From positions 124,001 to 188,000 of the forward strand of contig BCGN01000006.1 in assembly GCA_001599295.1 (NCBI GenBank): a DNA stretch of 64,000 nucleotides. The letters run 5' to 3'. The stretch is from Sporopachydermia quercuum (taxonomy: Eukaryota). How positions within the stretch are numbered: position 1 is the first letter of the stretch; each line of letters starts with the position of its first letter. The notes beneath the pieces were generated by a model. The model had not been told where the DNA came from. It made no database searches and was given only the letters and a program-made list of their open reading frames with translations. Below are positions 1-11,245 of the stretch, one piece after another. A program made the position numbers and the translations under genes.

Positions 1-1246
1 TGCTACCGAACCAGAATTCACTGCTGAATCAGAAACTCGACCAGCAGAGCCAACCAACGAATCTCGAATTGTTGATGAAAGCGCCACTGAAGAGTTACGC
101 GCTTCTGATGCAGCCGGAAGAACTAGTACAGTTAAGAAAGAAGAAGCATCAGATGGTGAGGACGATATTGGATACTATTCTGCTGAAGAAATTCAAGAAG
201 AGATAGTAGAGCAAGTTGGTAAATCAACAGAATCGAGCGCCGTTGTGGACATTGACCATGAAGAGCCTGAGCAAAATCAACCATCAGTTGAACCAGTGGG
301 GGAACCAGTTGCAGTTGCATCACCACCTGAATCAAAGACCAAATCTGATTCTACTAATGTCCACAAAGCAAGTACTACTTTTGATGATGCACTTGAATCA
401 GAGTTCTCTGATATGAGTGAAGCAGTCGAGATTGCTGACAAACAACCTGCTTTAGATGTTCCTCCAACTACCGGTAAGTCACCGACTACTGCTGCTCAAC
501 CTANTTTTGAAGATTTTGATAACGAGTTCACCGATTTGAAACCTGCTGATGATTTGAGGAACAATATATTTGATAGCAGTTTCAGTGATAATGATTCACA
601 ACCAGCTAAGCCTTTCGAAACTGCAACTTCAACGGTGAACACTACTCAGTCCGATCATGCTCAAGGTCAAAGTGTACCCGATTTTGACTCTGAGTTTGCT
701 GATTTCGACAATTCCCAGGCAGNTACTGCATCGCTTGACTTCGCTAATAATAAAGAGATTTTTTCTTTTGATGTCGATAAAGCATCAAGTCAACCTACCG
801 CTCTTTTTTCCAACGGATTCTCAGGCGATGTTGGTGGCTGGAGTGAAGCTGCTAATCAATTAAAGGAAGAAGAAAACCCGGAGGATGAATGGGATCAAAT
901 TTTCTCTGGAATGGCAAGCGCAGCTGTCACTGATACAACAGAAGATCAAATGGGTCTTGATAATTCTAATATTCACAGCTTGGGATTAGATAGTAATGAA
1001 TCTCAAGATATTTTCAGCAGCGGAGCAATTTCTCTTCCCGAGGGAGCGCAAGAGGAACTATCACATCCGGAATTAGCACCGGGATTCAGTAGTTCCAACG
1101 CTACAGAAACAGAAATGACACCGAAGTCAATGGCCATTGCTGAACTTGTTGGTATGGGATTTCCATTACAAGCAGCAACTGATGCNCTAGAGAAAGAGAA
1201 CTGGAATTTAGATCAAGCTACCAATTATTTGCTTGACCATGCGTAA
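1..1246 (+). CDS. EDE1: Ede1 endocytic scaffold, C-terminal part with UBA domain (5' truncated by window)
   Basis: The frame is open from base 2 to TAA at 1246. An acidic low-complexity region is followed by EDEWDQIFSGM and the terminal UBA domain TPKSMAIAELVGMGFP...LEKENWNLDQATNYLLDHA, which matches the Ede1 C-terminus. Confidence 0.9.
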   Translation, partial: ATEPEFTAESETRPAEPTNESRIVDESATEELRASDAAGRTSTVKKEEASDGEDDIGYYSAEEIQEEIVEQVGKSTESSAVVDIDHEEPEQNQPSVEPVGEPVAVASPPESKTKSDSTNVHKASTTFDDALESEFSDMSEAVEIADKQPALDVPPTTGKSPTTAAQPXFEDFDNEFTDLKPADDLRNNIFDSSFSDNDSQPAKPFETATSTVNTTQSDHAQGQSVPDFDSEFADFDNSQAXTASLDFANNKEIFSFDVDKASSQPTALFSNGFSGDVGGWSEAANQLKEEENPEDEWDQIFSGMASAAVTDTTEDQMGLDNSNIHSLGLDSNESQDIFSSGAISLPEGAQEELSHPELAPGFSSSNATETEMTPKSMAIAELVGMGFPLQAATDXLEKENWNLDQATNYLLDHA

Positions 1247-1595
1247 GCACTCTGTTCCTTGTTCTTTGTCCTTGATGATGAATGTGACGAATTTGATTTA
1301 TGAGTGACAAGAGTATTATTTACTACCTTTATTTACTAAAGGTTAAAACCCACGTATTTATTGACGTGAATCTTTTGGAGCTCCTAATTTATAATGATAA
1401 ATAATGACAAGCCAATCATTAATTCGTCTTTTAAAACTTCTTTTTATTTATTTTATNGTTCAGTTTAAGAATTATTTGTATCTTCATTTCAATTATTAAA
1501 TTCATTGTGAATCCCTTTANATAAAGTATAGTACATATATATTATCAGCANGGTATGTATTCCTCTCCCAACTCATCATAGCTCATGAGCTGATC

Positions 1596-2626
1596 TCAAG
1601 CAGCTTTCTGCAATAACTTCAACGTTTCATAATACATCTTCTCATTAATCTTGCCTTTCTTCTCTTCGTTTTCATTACCTTTATCTTGTCCATTCTCTAC
1701 GTTATCAAATTGAAGTTCATTTGACACTTGATCTAGTTTATTAAGCTCCGGAAGGACAATTGTTCGAATGTCTTGAGCAGTTTTCATTCCTTGATTTTGA
1801 AGCTGAATAAGAATCTCCTTTTTATTTGAATTCTCTGCTTCCAATTGCACAAGCTGCGTTTTCAACTCGTCTCTTCGTTTTAACTTTCTCTGATAAAGCC
1901 TTAGTTGTATTATTTGTTGTGGATCTAATGTATCAAAACTAGTGAGTGTTAGTGTGAGCCTATTAAGTAATGACATAAACTACTGACCTCAGATCATGCA
2001 ATAGAGATATAGATTTAAAGAAACACTTACTGGAAAGCTGGTTGGTTTTCATTCTTTCTAATGTTTGCTTCTAATACTAGTTTATCTAACTCATTTAATT
2101 TCTGTTCGATATCACGTTCCAGGAAAATGGCATCAAATTCACGTTGGCAAGACTTTTTCCAATATGAGATAATTTGATTCAAGGCTTGCTTTAACTCATT
2201 TACTCCTCCAGGCGTTTTTGATAATTGTGGATAACATTCAGCTACTTTATCATATGTTAAGTAATCGCTAGCCTTATTCAAAGCCCTNATAACCAGTTCC
2301 CTCAAGCGCGTGTATCTGATGTTCACTGGAGATTCATCTGGAGCTTCAATTGCTTGGTTTACTGAAGATTGAGTTGTATGGTCTGTAGTTAGTTTGGTCG
2401 TTTGGTCAATCGCAGCTTCTAGAGAAGACGGAGAAAAATTAGTAGTGCTTCCGGCTTCCTTCACTTCGTTCGACTGTACTGGAGTTTCAGCGGCATTTGA
2501 TAGTATCTCTCTTGTTGCGAGCTTATCAGTAGTTAATTCCGCTGGTTCGGCTGATTCAGTTGGTATTGTCATTTCCACATCTTCTTCATCTTCCTGCTCC
2601 ACTAGAGGCTTATCATGTTCATTCAT
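1596..2626 (-). CDS. NNF1: MIND kinetochore complex subunit Nnf1; two exons (2626-2031, 1938-1596)
   Basis: Nnf1 core RYTRL..L..AL...ECYP...REFDAIFLERDIEQKLNELDKLV. Intron 2030-1939 has a GTAAGT donor, CACTAAC branch (1954-1948) and TAG acceptor. Splicing joins the two ORF-track pieces in frame (..PAFH|FDTLDP..) and adds the coiled coil. Confidence 0.85.
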
Positions 2627-3387
2627 TGCTCCCAAATAGCCACAAATAACGTCACCACTCTTCTTTGAAAAGCTTCAATAGGTCTCTTCTCTGAATATTG
2701 TTTGATATGATATTTCCTACAAGCTTAGGTTCAGCTGATTCCTCAATCGATTCTTCTCATGTAGCCTGAGAAACACTCTTAATGATTATCTACACGTAAT
2801 TTCAAACCGTATGCCTTCCTTTTCACCTTTCATTAGTTGGCATTGTAGAAACAATTAAATACTCTCTAAGCAGTCTGAAGGACCATTTATCATCAGAATA
2901 ACTTCACCAAAACCGATCTGTATTCGAATCAGCGCTGAAGGTAAACAAAGCATGTACGAATAAAGGAAATTATAATAAAACTGTAGATCTATCTCGGAAA
3001 CAATAGATGCTATCATTTCCTATATGTTTTTATCAAAACAAATAAAATATCACGTAAGCACATAATAAGATGTAAGGGTGTCGACTAACTAAGGAAGTAC
3101 ACCGATGTTGATAGATGATTAGGTGGGGAGACGCATACTAGTATATATACTCATGTCCTAATGTTTCTACAGTAATACAATATTCTTATAAAGCATGCTG
3201 TTGTCTAATTGACAGTGAAATACTTCAACGAATAATTGGCTGAGTTGTATATACAGTTGTAGTTAGTTAATGCTATATTGTAACTGTTGGTTTGCATAGG
3301 ACAAACGGAACACTGAATACAATACACTAGAATACATCATCTATACAAAAGTCGGTGAATCGATTGATAGGAAATACTTACTACACA

Positions 3388-4398
3388 ATGTCAGATCCAT
3401 ACGCTATTATTGCAAAGGTAAGTAATGTGCTGATGATTGAGTTTATTTGTCTTGCTAGCAACAAAATGGTACTATAATGGCTGATTAGTTGTTGAATACA
3501 TACAGCTAGTTCTATGCTTGTCCCATCTACTGATACTGACGTTATTTCACAGGCTGACAAGAAAGCTGCCCCTTCGTCAGGACTCAGTTCATTTTTTGGA
3601 GGCGGTAACAGCTACAGATATGAAGAAGCTTCTGATATGTACATGCAAGCAGCGAATTTATTTAGATTACAGAAAAATAGTAAAGAAGCAGGCAAGACGT
3701 TTGAAAAAGCAGCAGAATGTCAAGTGAAAGCTGATTCAAGAGATGAAGCATCAAACACATTGGTGGAAGCTTATAAAGCATATAGACAAGAAGACCCAGC
3801 TGAGGCTGCTAGGGTATTAGAAGAAGCAATTGTTGCTTTTACAACAAGAGGTCAATTCAGAAGAGCAGCTAATTATAAAATGGATGTTGGAGGACTGTAC
3901 GAAACAGACCTAGCAGATATTCCTAAAGCTATTTCGTCATATGAAGAAGCAGGAGATTGGTATAACGGGGATCAAGCGGAGGCACTAGCTAATAAAGCGT
4001 ACTTGAAAGCTGCTGATCTTTCAGCTGTTAATAAGGATTACTTAAAAGCTGCTCAGATTTATGAAAATGTAGCTAAAGGAAGCTTAAATAATAATCTAAC
4101 TAGATGGAGTTTAAAGGATTACTTTTTAAAAGCAGGATTATGCTATTTAGCTGGCGATGATACAGTTGGTGCTCAAAGAGGATTAGATCAATATTTGGAT
4201 TGGGATCCAACGTTTGCTACTACACGGGAATATAAGTTATTAGCAGATCTGGTTAACTGTGTAATTGAAGGGGACAATCAAACATTTGCGGACAAAGTGT
4301 ATGAATTTGATCAATTTTCTAAGCTTGATAAATGGAAGACAACGATCTTATTGGATATCAAAAATAAGATAGTTAATGCTGAGGATGATCTTCTGTAA
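3388..4398 (+). CDS. SEC17: Alpha-SNAP; two exons (3388-3417, 3553-4398)
   Basis: The 30-nt exon 1 (MSDPYAIIAK) is followed by a GTAAGT donor at 3418, TACTGAC branch at 3534-3540 and CAG at 3550-3552. Exon 2 has alpha-SNAP motifs (GQFRRAAN, WSLKDYFLKAGLC, KLDKWKTTILL, terminal DDLL). Confidence 0.97.
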
Positions 4399-5026
4399 GG
4401 AAGGGCTTTGTAGTGTATAATGGATGTTGTGATAATACATTTTTAGTTATTTGGTATGCTAATTCGTGATATTGGAACTATAAGCATAAGCTCATTTGTA
4501 TTATATACAGTTTGTTTCTCTAAATCTCCTTTTCAAATTTAGCATCTCTTAGTTCTGAATATCTCCAACTCTCTCTGAGCCTTCATCAGTATTAAATGAT
4601 TACATCATTCTAAACAGCAGCTAATCTGGTAAACAAGAATCTAAATGATCACGTAATCATTATTTCGTTCTCTCCATCCATCTTCAACATCGCATCTCAT
4701 CTTGTTGTTGTCCCCATTTAGAGGCAAACATAAACAAATCTTCATCATCAATCTTTTCACTTTCTACTACTGCACTCAACCATTAACATTAACACGAGCC
4801 AACTAATAAGATCGAATGCTTGTATCAACATATTCTTATTATTGAATACATTTNTTTCCATCACATTAACAGCAGTGCTTGTGAGAGGTTTTTGCATTAT
4901 TCTTAGTAACCAGATGTCATGTCTTCACCATCCCACCTTGCATAATATTTAGTAGTATTGATACTACGGAGATTACGATTTCGATACAAGAAATAGCAGT
5001 GTAACAGTGAATATTACGCAACAAAA

Positions 5027-8000
5027 ATGGTGAAACAAACGGACGACGATTTGTTCGACTCCCTGTCATTTTCTATTGGTGATTTGAGCATTGATACCCC
5101 GGTCAGTTCACCTAGCAAACCTGGTAAAATACTTAACCCTGGAACACCAGTACTGAACCCTCACTCTGGTGCATTGTTTGCTTCCTCAGGATTGAGAAAC
5201 GTTCTAGTTCAAACAGCAGAAAAGCTCGAACCAGCTAGTTCACGGAAAACTCCCAGAATTATATTTGACTCTGATGAAGAAGAAGAAGAGAAAGAGTCCG
5301 CAGAGAGGGAGTCTGGAAATAGATCAGCAGCGCAGCAGCAGACGGATTCTAACCCACATTCAACGGGAATTAAAGCGAGTGACTTAGCAAATTCACCGAA
5401 AAAGATTGAAAATGTGACGTTNAGTGTTTTCCTGAATAGGAANTCCGAATTGAAACCAAATAGCCATATTATTCAAGCCAGAAGTCCTTCCCCTCAAGGG
5501 CTACGTCTTCCGGTCATTTCTACTCCTACTATCTCCGACAGCTTCGTATCATCAACCCCAGTTGGTCTCCCAACAAATAATGCCAGTAAAACCTCAACAG
5601 GGAAACAGAATGTCCCAAGGTCTTCCACTAAGAAGGTAGACCATTTCATCAGACCTAAGGAACAGTTCGGTAAGATATCACCATTGAAATCACCAGCTGC
5701 TAAACTCGGATCCAGACCTACAGCACTACAAAAGAAGATCTTCGGGTCATTATCACCTAAAAAGTCAACTATTTTCCAACCGACTCCTGGCAGACCCATC
5801 AACTCATCTACCCCTATGACTCAACGTGAAAAGGAGGAGTTCTTCAAGCCTATTGGTGTCAATGATCCTCGTTGGAATAGTAGAGCTCATGATATAAAAA
5901 CAGTTTCAATTTCAAGCCCTGCTAAAGCTAGCGAGGATCAATTAAAGCAGAGTTGGCGAAATGTCGATTTTGTTAAAGATAATTATCGTTATGCTGATCC
6001 TTATCAAATATTGGCGAAAGGATCAGACTTGGGCGGTCTGGGAACATCATTTGAACCTTTGCAGTCTCCTAGTAAATATTCAGACCCTACAGAGGCTCTC
6101 AAAGGTTTATTTGATTCATTAAGCGGTAACAGCGATGAAGAAGCTAATATTGAGAATAAAGCAGATAAAATGCGTGCTAAATCTCCTCCAGAAAGCAGTT
6201 CGGAGTCATCAAATGCAAAAGAATCTGCTAAAGTTGATGGACTTACTGTAACATTGTTAGACCATCAAATTAAGGGTCTCAAGTTTCTGAAGTCACGTGA
6301 AGGGAAAAAGTTAGACCCCAAAGGGGGTCTGCTTTGCGATGATATGGGTTTGGGTAAAACTATTCAGTCAATTGCCCTTATTCTAAGTAAACCACCATCG
6401 AAGAAGTTCATAAAAAATCACGATCCATTGAATCAAACAATCAGATACCCCACAACCCTTGTGGTAGCCCCTTTAGCCCTTGCTAGTCAATGGCTATCAG
6501 AGATTCAATCCAAAGCCCCTAAGCTTAAAGCTATTGTTCATCATGGTGCTAAACGTGCTACCTCGTGGGAGAAGTTAAGAGACTTCGACGTTATTATCAC
6601 CACATACCAAATATTAGTCTCAGAATATTCGTCAGAAATCCTGCAGAAAAATCCAAGGAATAGAACGCCTTTGTTTGCGGGTAAGTTCTGGAGAATCATA
6701 CTGGATGAAGCACATACTATCAAAAATAGGAACTCTAAAACAGCTCACGCCTGCTACAGCTTAGAGGCAAGTAGATATTGGTGCTTAACAGGTACACCTG
6801 TTCAGAATAACGTAGATGAGCTGCAATCGTTACTAAAATTTGTTAGAGTAGAACCATTGAACGACTTTTCAGTATGGAAAGAGAAGATAGCTGGTCCNAT
6901 TAGTAGTGGACGAGAACAATTAGCCATGAAAAGACTGCATGTTATTCTAAGTGTGGTGATGCTGAGAAGGACAAAATCTGTGCTTGCTCTAGGAGAGAAT
7001 GCTAAAGAATTGGCTCTTCCAGAGAGAAGAGTCCATAGAATTGGCATCGATTTTAGTTCAACCGAGAAACAATTTTATGAGGGGCTTAGTTCCAGAATTG
7101 AAGAAGCTGTTGACAACTATTTAAATGGAGGTTCTGATAATAAAGACAATGAGACTGAGAATGAGACCAAGAATGATGTGAGTAACTTCATTATATCCAG
7201 GAAGAGTAATAATTATATGAATGCGTTAGTTTTGTTGCTAAGGCTACGACAAGCATGCTGTCATTGGAGACTAGTGGTTTCAGCGTCAGATCCTCAAAAT
7301 CAAGATCAAGACGAGGGTTTAGAAGAGTATCTTGAACGAAAAACGGGCAATACACCTAGGAAAGGTAAAAGGTCTACTAGAATACCCAGNAGAACTCCTA
7401 GCAGGACGCCTTTGAAACCCCCAGACAAAACTCTAAATGATGATATGGACGATTTGTCTCTCATGATGACAGATCTCAGTGTCCTGGAACAGCAGTGCTC
7501 TATTTGTATGAAATCTTTATCCCATAATCAAATATGCTATCTAAAAGGGTCTGAATCCGGCTCTGGATCTTATTGCCAGGCTTGCTACGATTCAATCAAC
7601 ACTACAACTAATCCTACTTCAACTACATCATCAGCTAAAATATCAGAAATCATCACCCTACTCAAAGCAGACCCTACAAGGAAAACTATTGTCTTTTCTC
7701 AATTTACGCGTCTCTTCGACCTATTAGAACCTGAACTGAGAGCCAGCAACATCTCCTTTGTTAGATATGATGGTAAAATGAATCGGCAGAAACGCGATTT
7801 GGCTCTAGAACAGTTTAAAGATACTAGCAAAGATAGCAGTACTTTTGTTGAGATCCCAGTGTTGTTATGCTCATTGAAATGTGGTGCTCTGGGCTTGAAT
7901 TTGATCGTTGCAAGTAGAATCATACTAGCTGATCCGTGGTGGAACCCTCAGATCAGTGAACAAGCAATTGATCGTGTTCATCGGTTTGGTCAAACCAAGG

Positions 8001-8176
8001 ATGTTGATGTTTATGAAATGAAAGTGAATAATACAGTAGAAGATAGAATATTAGCACTGCAAGATAAGAAAAGAGAATTGGCAAAGAATGTAATCGAGGG
8101 GGGAGCTTCCGCCACTGGTGGTGTCAGTATGAAGTTGAGTTTGAACGATTTATTGTATTTATTCAAAAGGGACTGA
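5027..8176 (+). CDS. SNF2-family DNA-dependent ATPase, Rad5/Rad16/Uls1 subgroup with a Cys-containing insertion
   Basis: Motif I GGLLCDDMGLGKTIQ, motif II RIILDEAH, WCLTGTPVQN, LLRLRQACCH, IVFSQF, GLNL and QAIDRVHRFGQ. The N-terminal ~400 aa are S/P-rich and likely disordered. Confidence 0.9.
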   Translation: MVKQTDDDLFDSLSFSIGDLSIDTPVSSPSKPGKILNPGTPVLNPHSGALFASSGLRNVLVQTAEKLEPASSRKTPRIIFDSDEEEEEKESAERESGNRSAAQQQTDSNPHSTGIKASDLANSPKKIENVTXSVFLNRXSELKPNSHIIQARSPSPQGLRLPVISTPTISDSFVSSTPVGLPTNNASKTSTGKQNVPRSSTKKVDHFIRPKEQFGKISPLKSPAAKLGSRPTALQKKIFGSLSPKKSTIFQPTPGRPINSSTPMTQREKEEFFKPIGVNDPRWNSRAHDIKTVSISSPAKASEDQLKQSWRNVDFVKDNYRYADPYQILAKGSDLGGLGTSFEPLQSPSKYSDPTEALKGLFDSLSGNSDEEANIENKADKMRAKSPPESSSESSNAKESAKVDGLTVTLLDHQIKGLKFLKSREGKKLDPKGGLLCDDMGLGKTIQSIALILSKPPSKKFIKNHDPLNQTIRYPTTLVVAPLALASQWLSEIQSKAPKLKAIVHHGAKRATSWEKLRDFDVIITTYQILVSEYSSEILQKNPRNRTPLFAGKFWRIILDEAHTIKNRNSKTAHACYSLEASRYWCLTGTPVQNNVDELQSLLKFVRVEPLNDFSVWKEKIAGXISSGREQLAMKRLHVILSVVMLRRTKSVLALGENAKELALPERRVHRIGIDFSSTEKQFYEGLSSRIEEAVDNYLNGGSDNKDNETENETKNDVSNFIISRKSNNYMNALVLLLRLRQACCHWRLVVSASDPQNQDQDEGLEEYLERKTGNTPRKGKRSTRIPXRTPSRTPLKPPDKTLNDDMDDLSLMMTDLSVLEQQCSICMKSLSHNQICYLKGSESGSGSYCQACYDSINTTTNPTSTTSSAKISEIITLLKADPTRKTIVFSQFTRLFDLLEPELRASNISFVRYDGKMNRQKRDLALEQFKDTSKDSSTFVEIPVLLCSLKCGALGLNLIVASRIILADPWWNPQISEQAIDRVHRFGQTKDVDVYEMKVNNTVEDRILALQDKKRELAKNVIEGGASATGGVSMKLSLNDLLYLFKRD

Positions 8177-9077
8177 ATTGGTGTTTCTTAGATAATGTAT
8201 GATACAATAGCTTTATCCTATCAATACCTGTGGTCATGGTTTTTTACTATTCCTATCAGCCTTCATCTTTTGGAAATTAGAGAGACGTTATGTTGTAAAT
8301 TATAACTCATAACAAATAGAACAAATGAATAAATATGTAAGAGTTCAATGCAAAATCTTCTAGGCTGGTACTTCCAGAGGCATTTAGTATCTAGTCAAAT
8401 TATTATGGTTTNTAGCTATGTCTAGCATCGTCTTTATATTATTTAATAAGGAAACGGCTCAAAGATCACTGAAAGGTTGGACAAAGTTCAGTTAATCTTT
8501 CATTAAATTATAACTAGAGCCTTTTATAGTAACGTTCTACATACTATAATTAGTAAGGATGAATCCATATAATTATCTATGTTTCCTTGATCAGATTTTC
8601 TTTCTCTCGCTCTATAATCTTGATTCTTGATTCTTTTCATAATGGCTGAAGAAAGCGTCGTTGTTAATTTACTGAACATATTAGTGGAGACCAAACAGTG
8701 AATTTAGATAGACAGAAAAAATGTTTTCGATAAGTTCTCCATTTTTTTTTTTTGCTGTATAGTGGTTGCATTGCCCAGTACAATGATATTATGTATACTA
8801 TGATTTACATTCCCTATTGGCTATTCTACTATTTCTATTACAATACTTACCATTTTCCATTTTCTTTCCCATTTGCCGATTCTCAGATACCAATCTTTAG
8901 ATTATCCTCAATAAATAATAATAGAATAGTTGATATCCTATAACATGAGCTTGCAAATGATAACAACGGCCGAAGCTTCTCTGCTTTCAGACTACTGCAT
9001 ACACATCTACTTATCTATTATCTATATTCCCTCGATATCACCTAACTATGATTATCCACAGAGCTTGCAAGGCTCGC

Positions 9078-9484
9078 ATGAACTTGCGTTATTCACAAAA
9101 CCTGATTTACACTGAACGTCTTTTCTCAAACAACATTCAAACTAGAACTTCTTCTATTTAGCCACACATGCTGTTAAAAGAAGACTCATGTTGCTGGCTC
9201 AGAACCTGCTGGGTTTTACAGCGCCGCAGGAATCCTTCCTCGTCTATCTAAAGAGCCTAAAAATAGATAGATATATATTAGTATGTTTGAATATTTGTTT
9301 CATTCAAGGTCCTTACGGATCAGCAAGATTTCGATTTACTCCTGAGGGATTCTAATATGGCAATTTGTGAGAGGACGGTTTGATAACACCGCAGTCGTTA
9401 ATAGTTGGTCATGTCAAATTATATATCACGGCGAGGCATTTTGGTCCAGTGATCAAACCAACTAGCAAAGAAATAGAGTCTTGG
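9078..9484 (+). pseudogene. ARH1: Decayed relic of an adrenodoxin/ferredoxin reductase (ARH1-like)
   Basis: 9187-9297 reads HVAGSEPAGFYSAAGIL...*IYISMFEYL (family: IVGSGPAGFYTA..LL...TIFEKL). After a frameshift, 9308-9346 reads GPYGSARFRFTPE (family: VPFGLSRYGVAPD). 9425-9484 reads ITARHFGPVIKPTSKEIESW (family: LIARRDFVHSKFTNKELRELW). Stops, frameshifts and a large deletion are present. Confidence 0.75.
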
Positions 9485-9826
9485 AAGGATACAGGAAATA
9501 AAAAATAATTGTCATTTGATGAACTTGAATTGTAGCTGTTTAACCCTGATGATTGCGTAGAAAAAGCATTGTTTTTCATATTGTTATTACTATTATTGTT
9601 CTTGTATTGTTGTTGCTACTTTGGCTGTCGAATTCATTGCTCTCGATTCTACTGTTGATGCAATCGAATTCGTTATTATGTCTATTATGCATTATGTTAG
9701 TTGTTCAAAAGACAGTGTGTCAAGCATAAATGATAAACAGTATTTTGTAAATCATGGTAAATTATAAAAATCATATATCTTGTACCTATTCGCATTACAT
9801 CATACTTTTCATAACTTTGTCTCCTT

Positions 9827-11245
9827 CTACTTTTTAAATCTTCGATCAACAGGCAAAAAGAAAATAAGGAAACCAAAATCACTCAAACTTCCAATTCCTC
9901 CTGATAACAAAAATGCATATTTCAGAGATGATGTATCAGCCAAAGGACCAGTAATCAAAGGACCCACACATCTAGCACATGTTTTCAACACATTGACCAA
10001 ACCCAAAGATTTCGTCATTTCGTTGCCAGGAATTAACTCTGATAACAAGATTTGTCTGGGGATATTATCCATCGGAGAAAACACTTGAGATATAAGTAAT
10101 GAAAGACCAGCTAATAGTTCGTCAGGCATCAGGGGAATCAGAGCCATGAAAAAACAGAACGGTAGATGAACAGAAACAGTAGCTTTGATAGGACCAAGTA
10201 AATGTGTGATCATTGCAGAAGGAATNAAAGCAAATGAAGCACAAATATTAATTATTGAAAATAAAGTACCTAGGAATGATAGTGAAGACTGATAGACGTC
10301 ATGGAAATAGTAAACAATCCAGGATTGAGTCATGATGCCATATCCTAATGAATCAAGCATGAACAAGAAGCATAGACGAACGATCAATTGATGAAACGTT
10401 ATCACATTACCAGGAGCAAGCGTGATATGTGTAGTTTTATCGGTCTTATTATTACTATTGATTAATGCAGTTATCTCGTTAGAAGGTGATGCCGAATCAG
10501 TTATAGGATCAGCAGCTGTAGTCTCAGAGGACGCCACAGTGTTGTCCACTCTCTCGGCTTGAATTTCGGTTTCAAATCCGGCTTCCACTTCGGCTTCAAA
10601 ATCAGGTTCAGCAAAAGCATCAGTGATACTTCTACGTTGATAATGAACATTCTGAGTTTCGCATTCTTCAGTTAAGAATAAGAACAAAATTGACTTGATA
10701 ACAGCAATACCACAGTAAGTTAGAAAAACTATCCTATAACTATGTTGTTCAGATGTAAATTTCTGTATAAAATCAACAAGATAACCTCCAGTTAAGCTTC
10801 CAACGGCTCCGCCAAAAGTTCCAATTAGCCCATAAGCTGAAAAATAGCCAGGTCTTTTCTCCAAAGGTATAATAAGGGAAATAACTGCTTCTTCTATTGA
10901 TTTGAAAGGGCCTGTCTCATCACCACTTGATGAGATAACTCCCACTACTGCTGCTAAAAGCAGGATATAGAAACTACTACTGAAATAGAATACCAAACCT
11001 GAAGCAACCATTAAAACAGCACCTATAAGCATTACATTTCTTCTGCCAATTTTATCTGCATAGTAAGTAAGATAAATAGATAATATCACATCTCCCACTA
11101 AGGTAAGAAACATGAATAGACCAATGTCAGAATCATTGATACCTAAAGATGCAAGGAACAAGGTAAGAACTAAAGTGGTCTGGGCATATGCCATCATCCT
11201 CAGAAAGCGTGAGGCGAACAAAAGCGCAATATCTCGCTCAACCAT
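9827..11245 (-). CDS. MFS transporter, YJR124C-like
   Basis: Multi-TM hydrophobic ORF with DIALLFASRFLRMMAY, GLFMFLTLVGD, YADKIGRR and GVISSSGDETGPFKSIEEA. The first ATG is at 11245; the ORF track starts at an upstream TTG. Confidence 0.85.
   Translation of the reverse strand: MVERDIALLFASRFLRMMAYAQTTLVLTLFLASLGINDSDIGLFMFLTLVGDVILSIYLTYYADKIGRRNVMLIGAVLMVASGLVFYFSSSFYILLLAAVVGVISSSGDETGPFKSIEEAVISLIIPLEKRPGYFSAYGLIGTFGGAVGSLTGGYLVDFIQKFTSEQHSYRIVFLTYCGIAVIKSILFLFLTEECETQNVHYQRRSITDAFAEPDFEAEVEAGFETEIQAERVDNTVASSETTAADPITDSASPSNEITALINSNNKTDKTTHITLAPGNVITFHQLIVRLCFLFMLDSLGYGIMTQSWIVYYFHDVYQSSLSFLGTLFSIINICASFAXIPSAMITHLLGPIKATVSVHLPFCFFMALIPLMPDELLAGLSLLISQVFSPMDNIPRQILLSELIPGNEMTKSLGLVNVLKTCARCVGPLITGPLADTSSLKYAFLLSGGIGSLSDFGFLIFFLPVDRRFKK

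Noticed and set aside
3418..3552. Intronic C/D snoRNA in SEC17 (CTGATGA ... CTGA)
   Set aside because: No recognisable rRNA-complementary guide, and the D box abuts the branchpoint.
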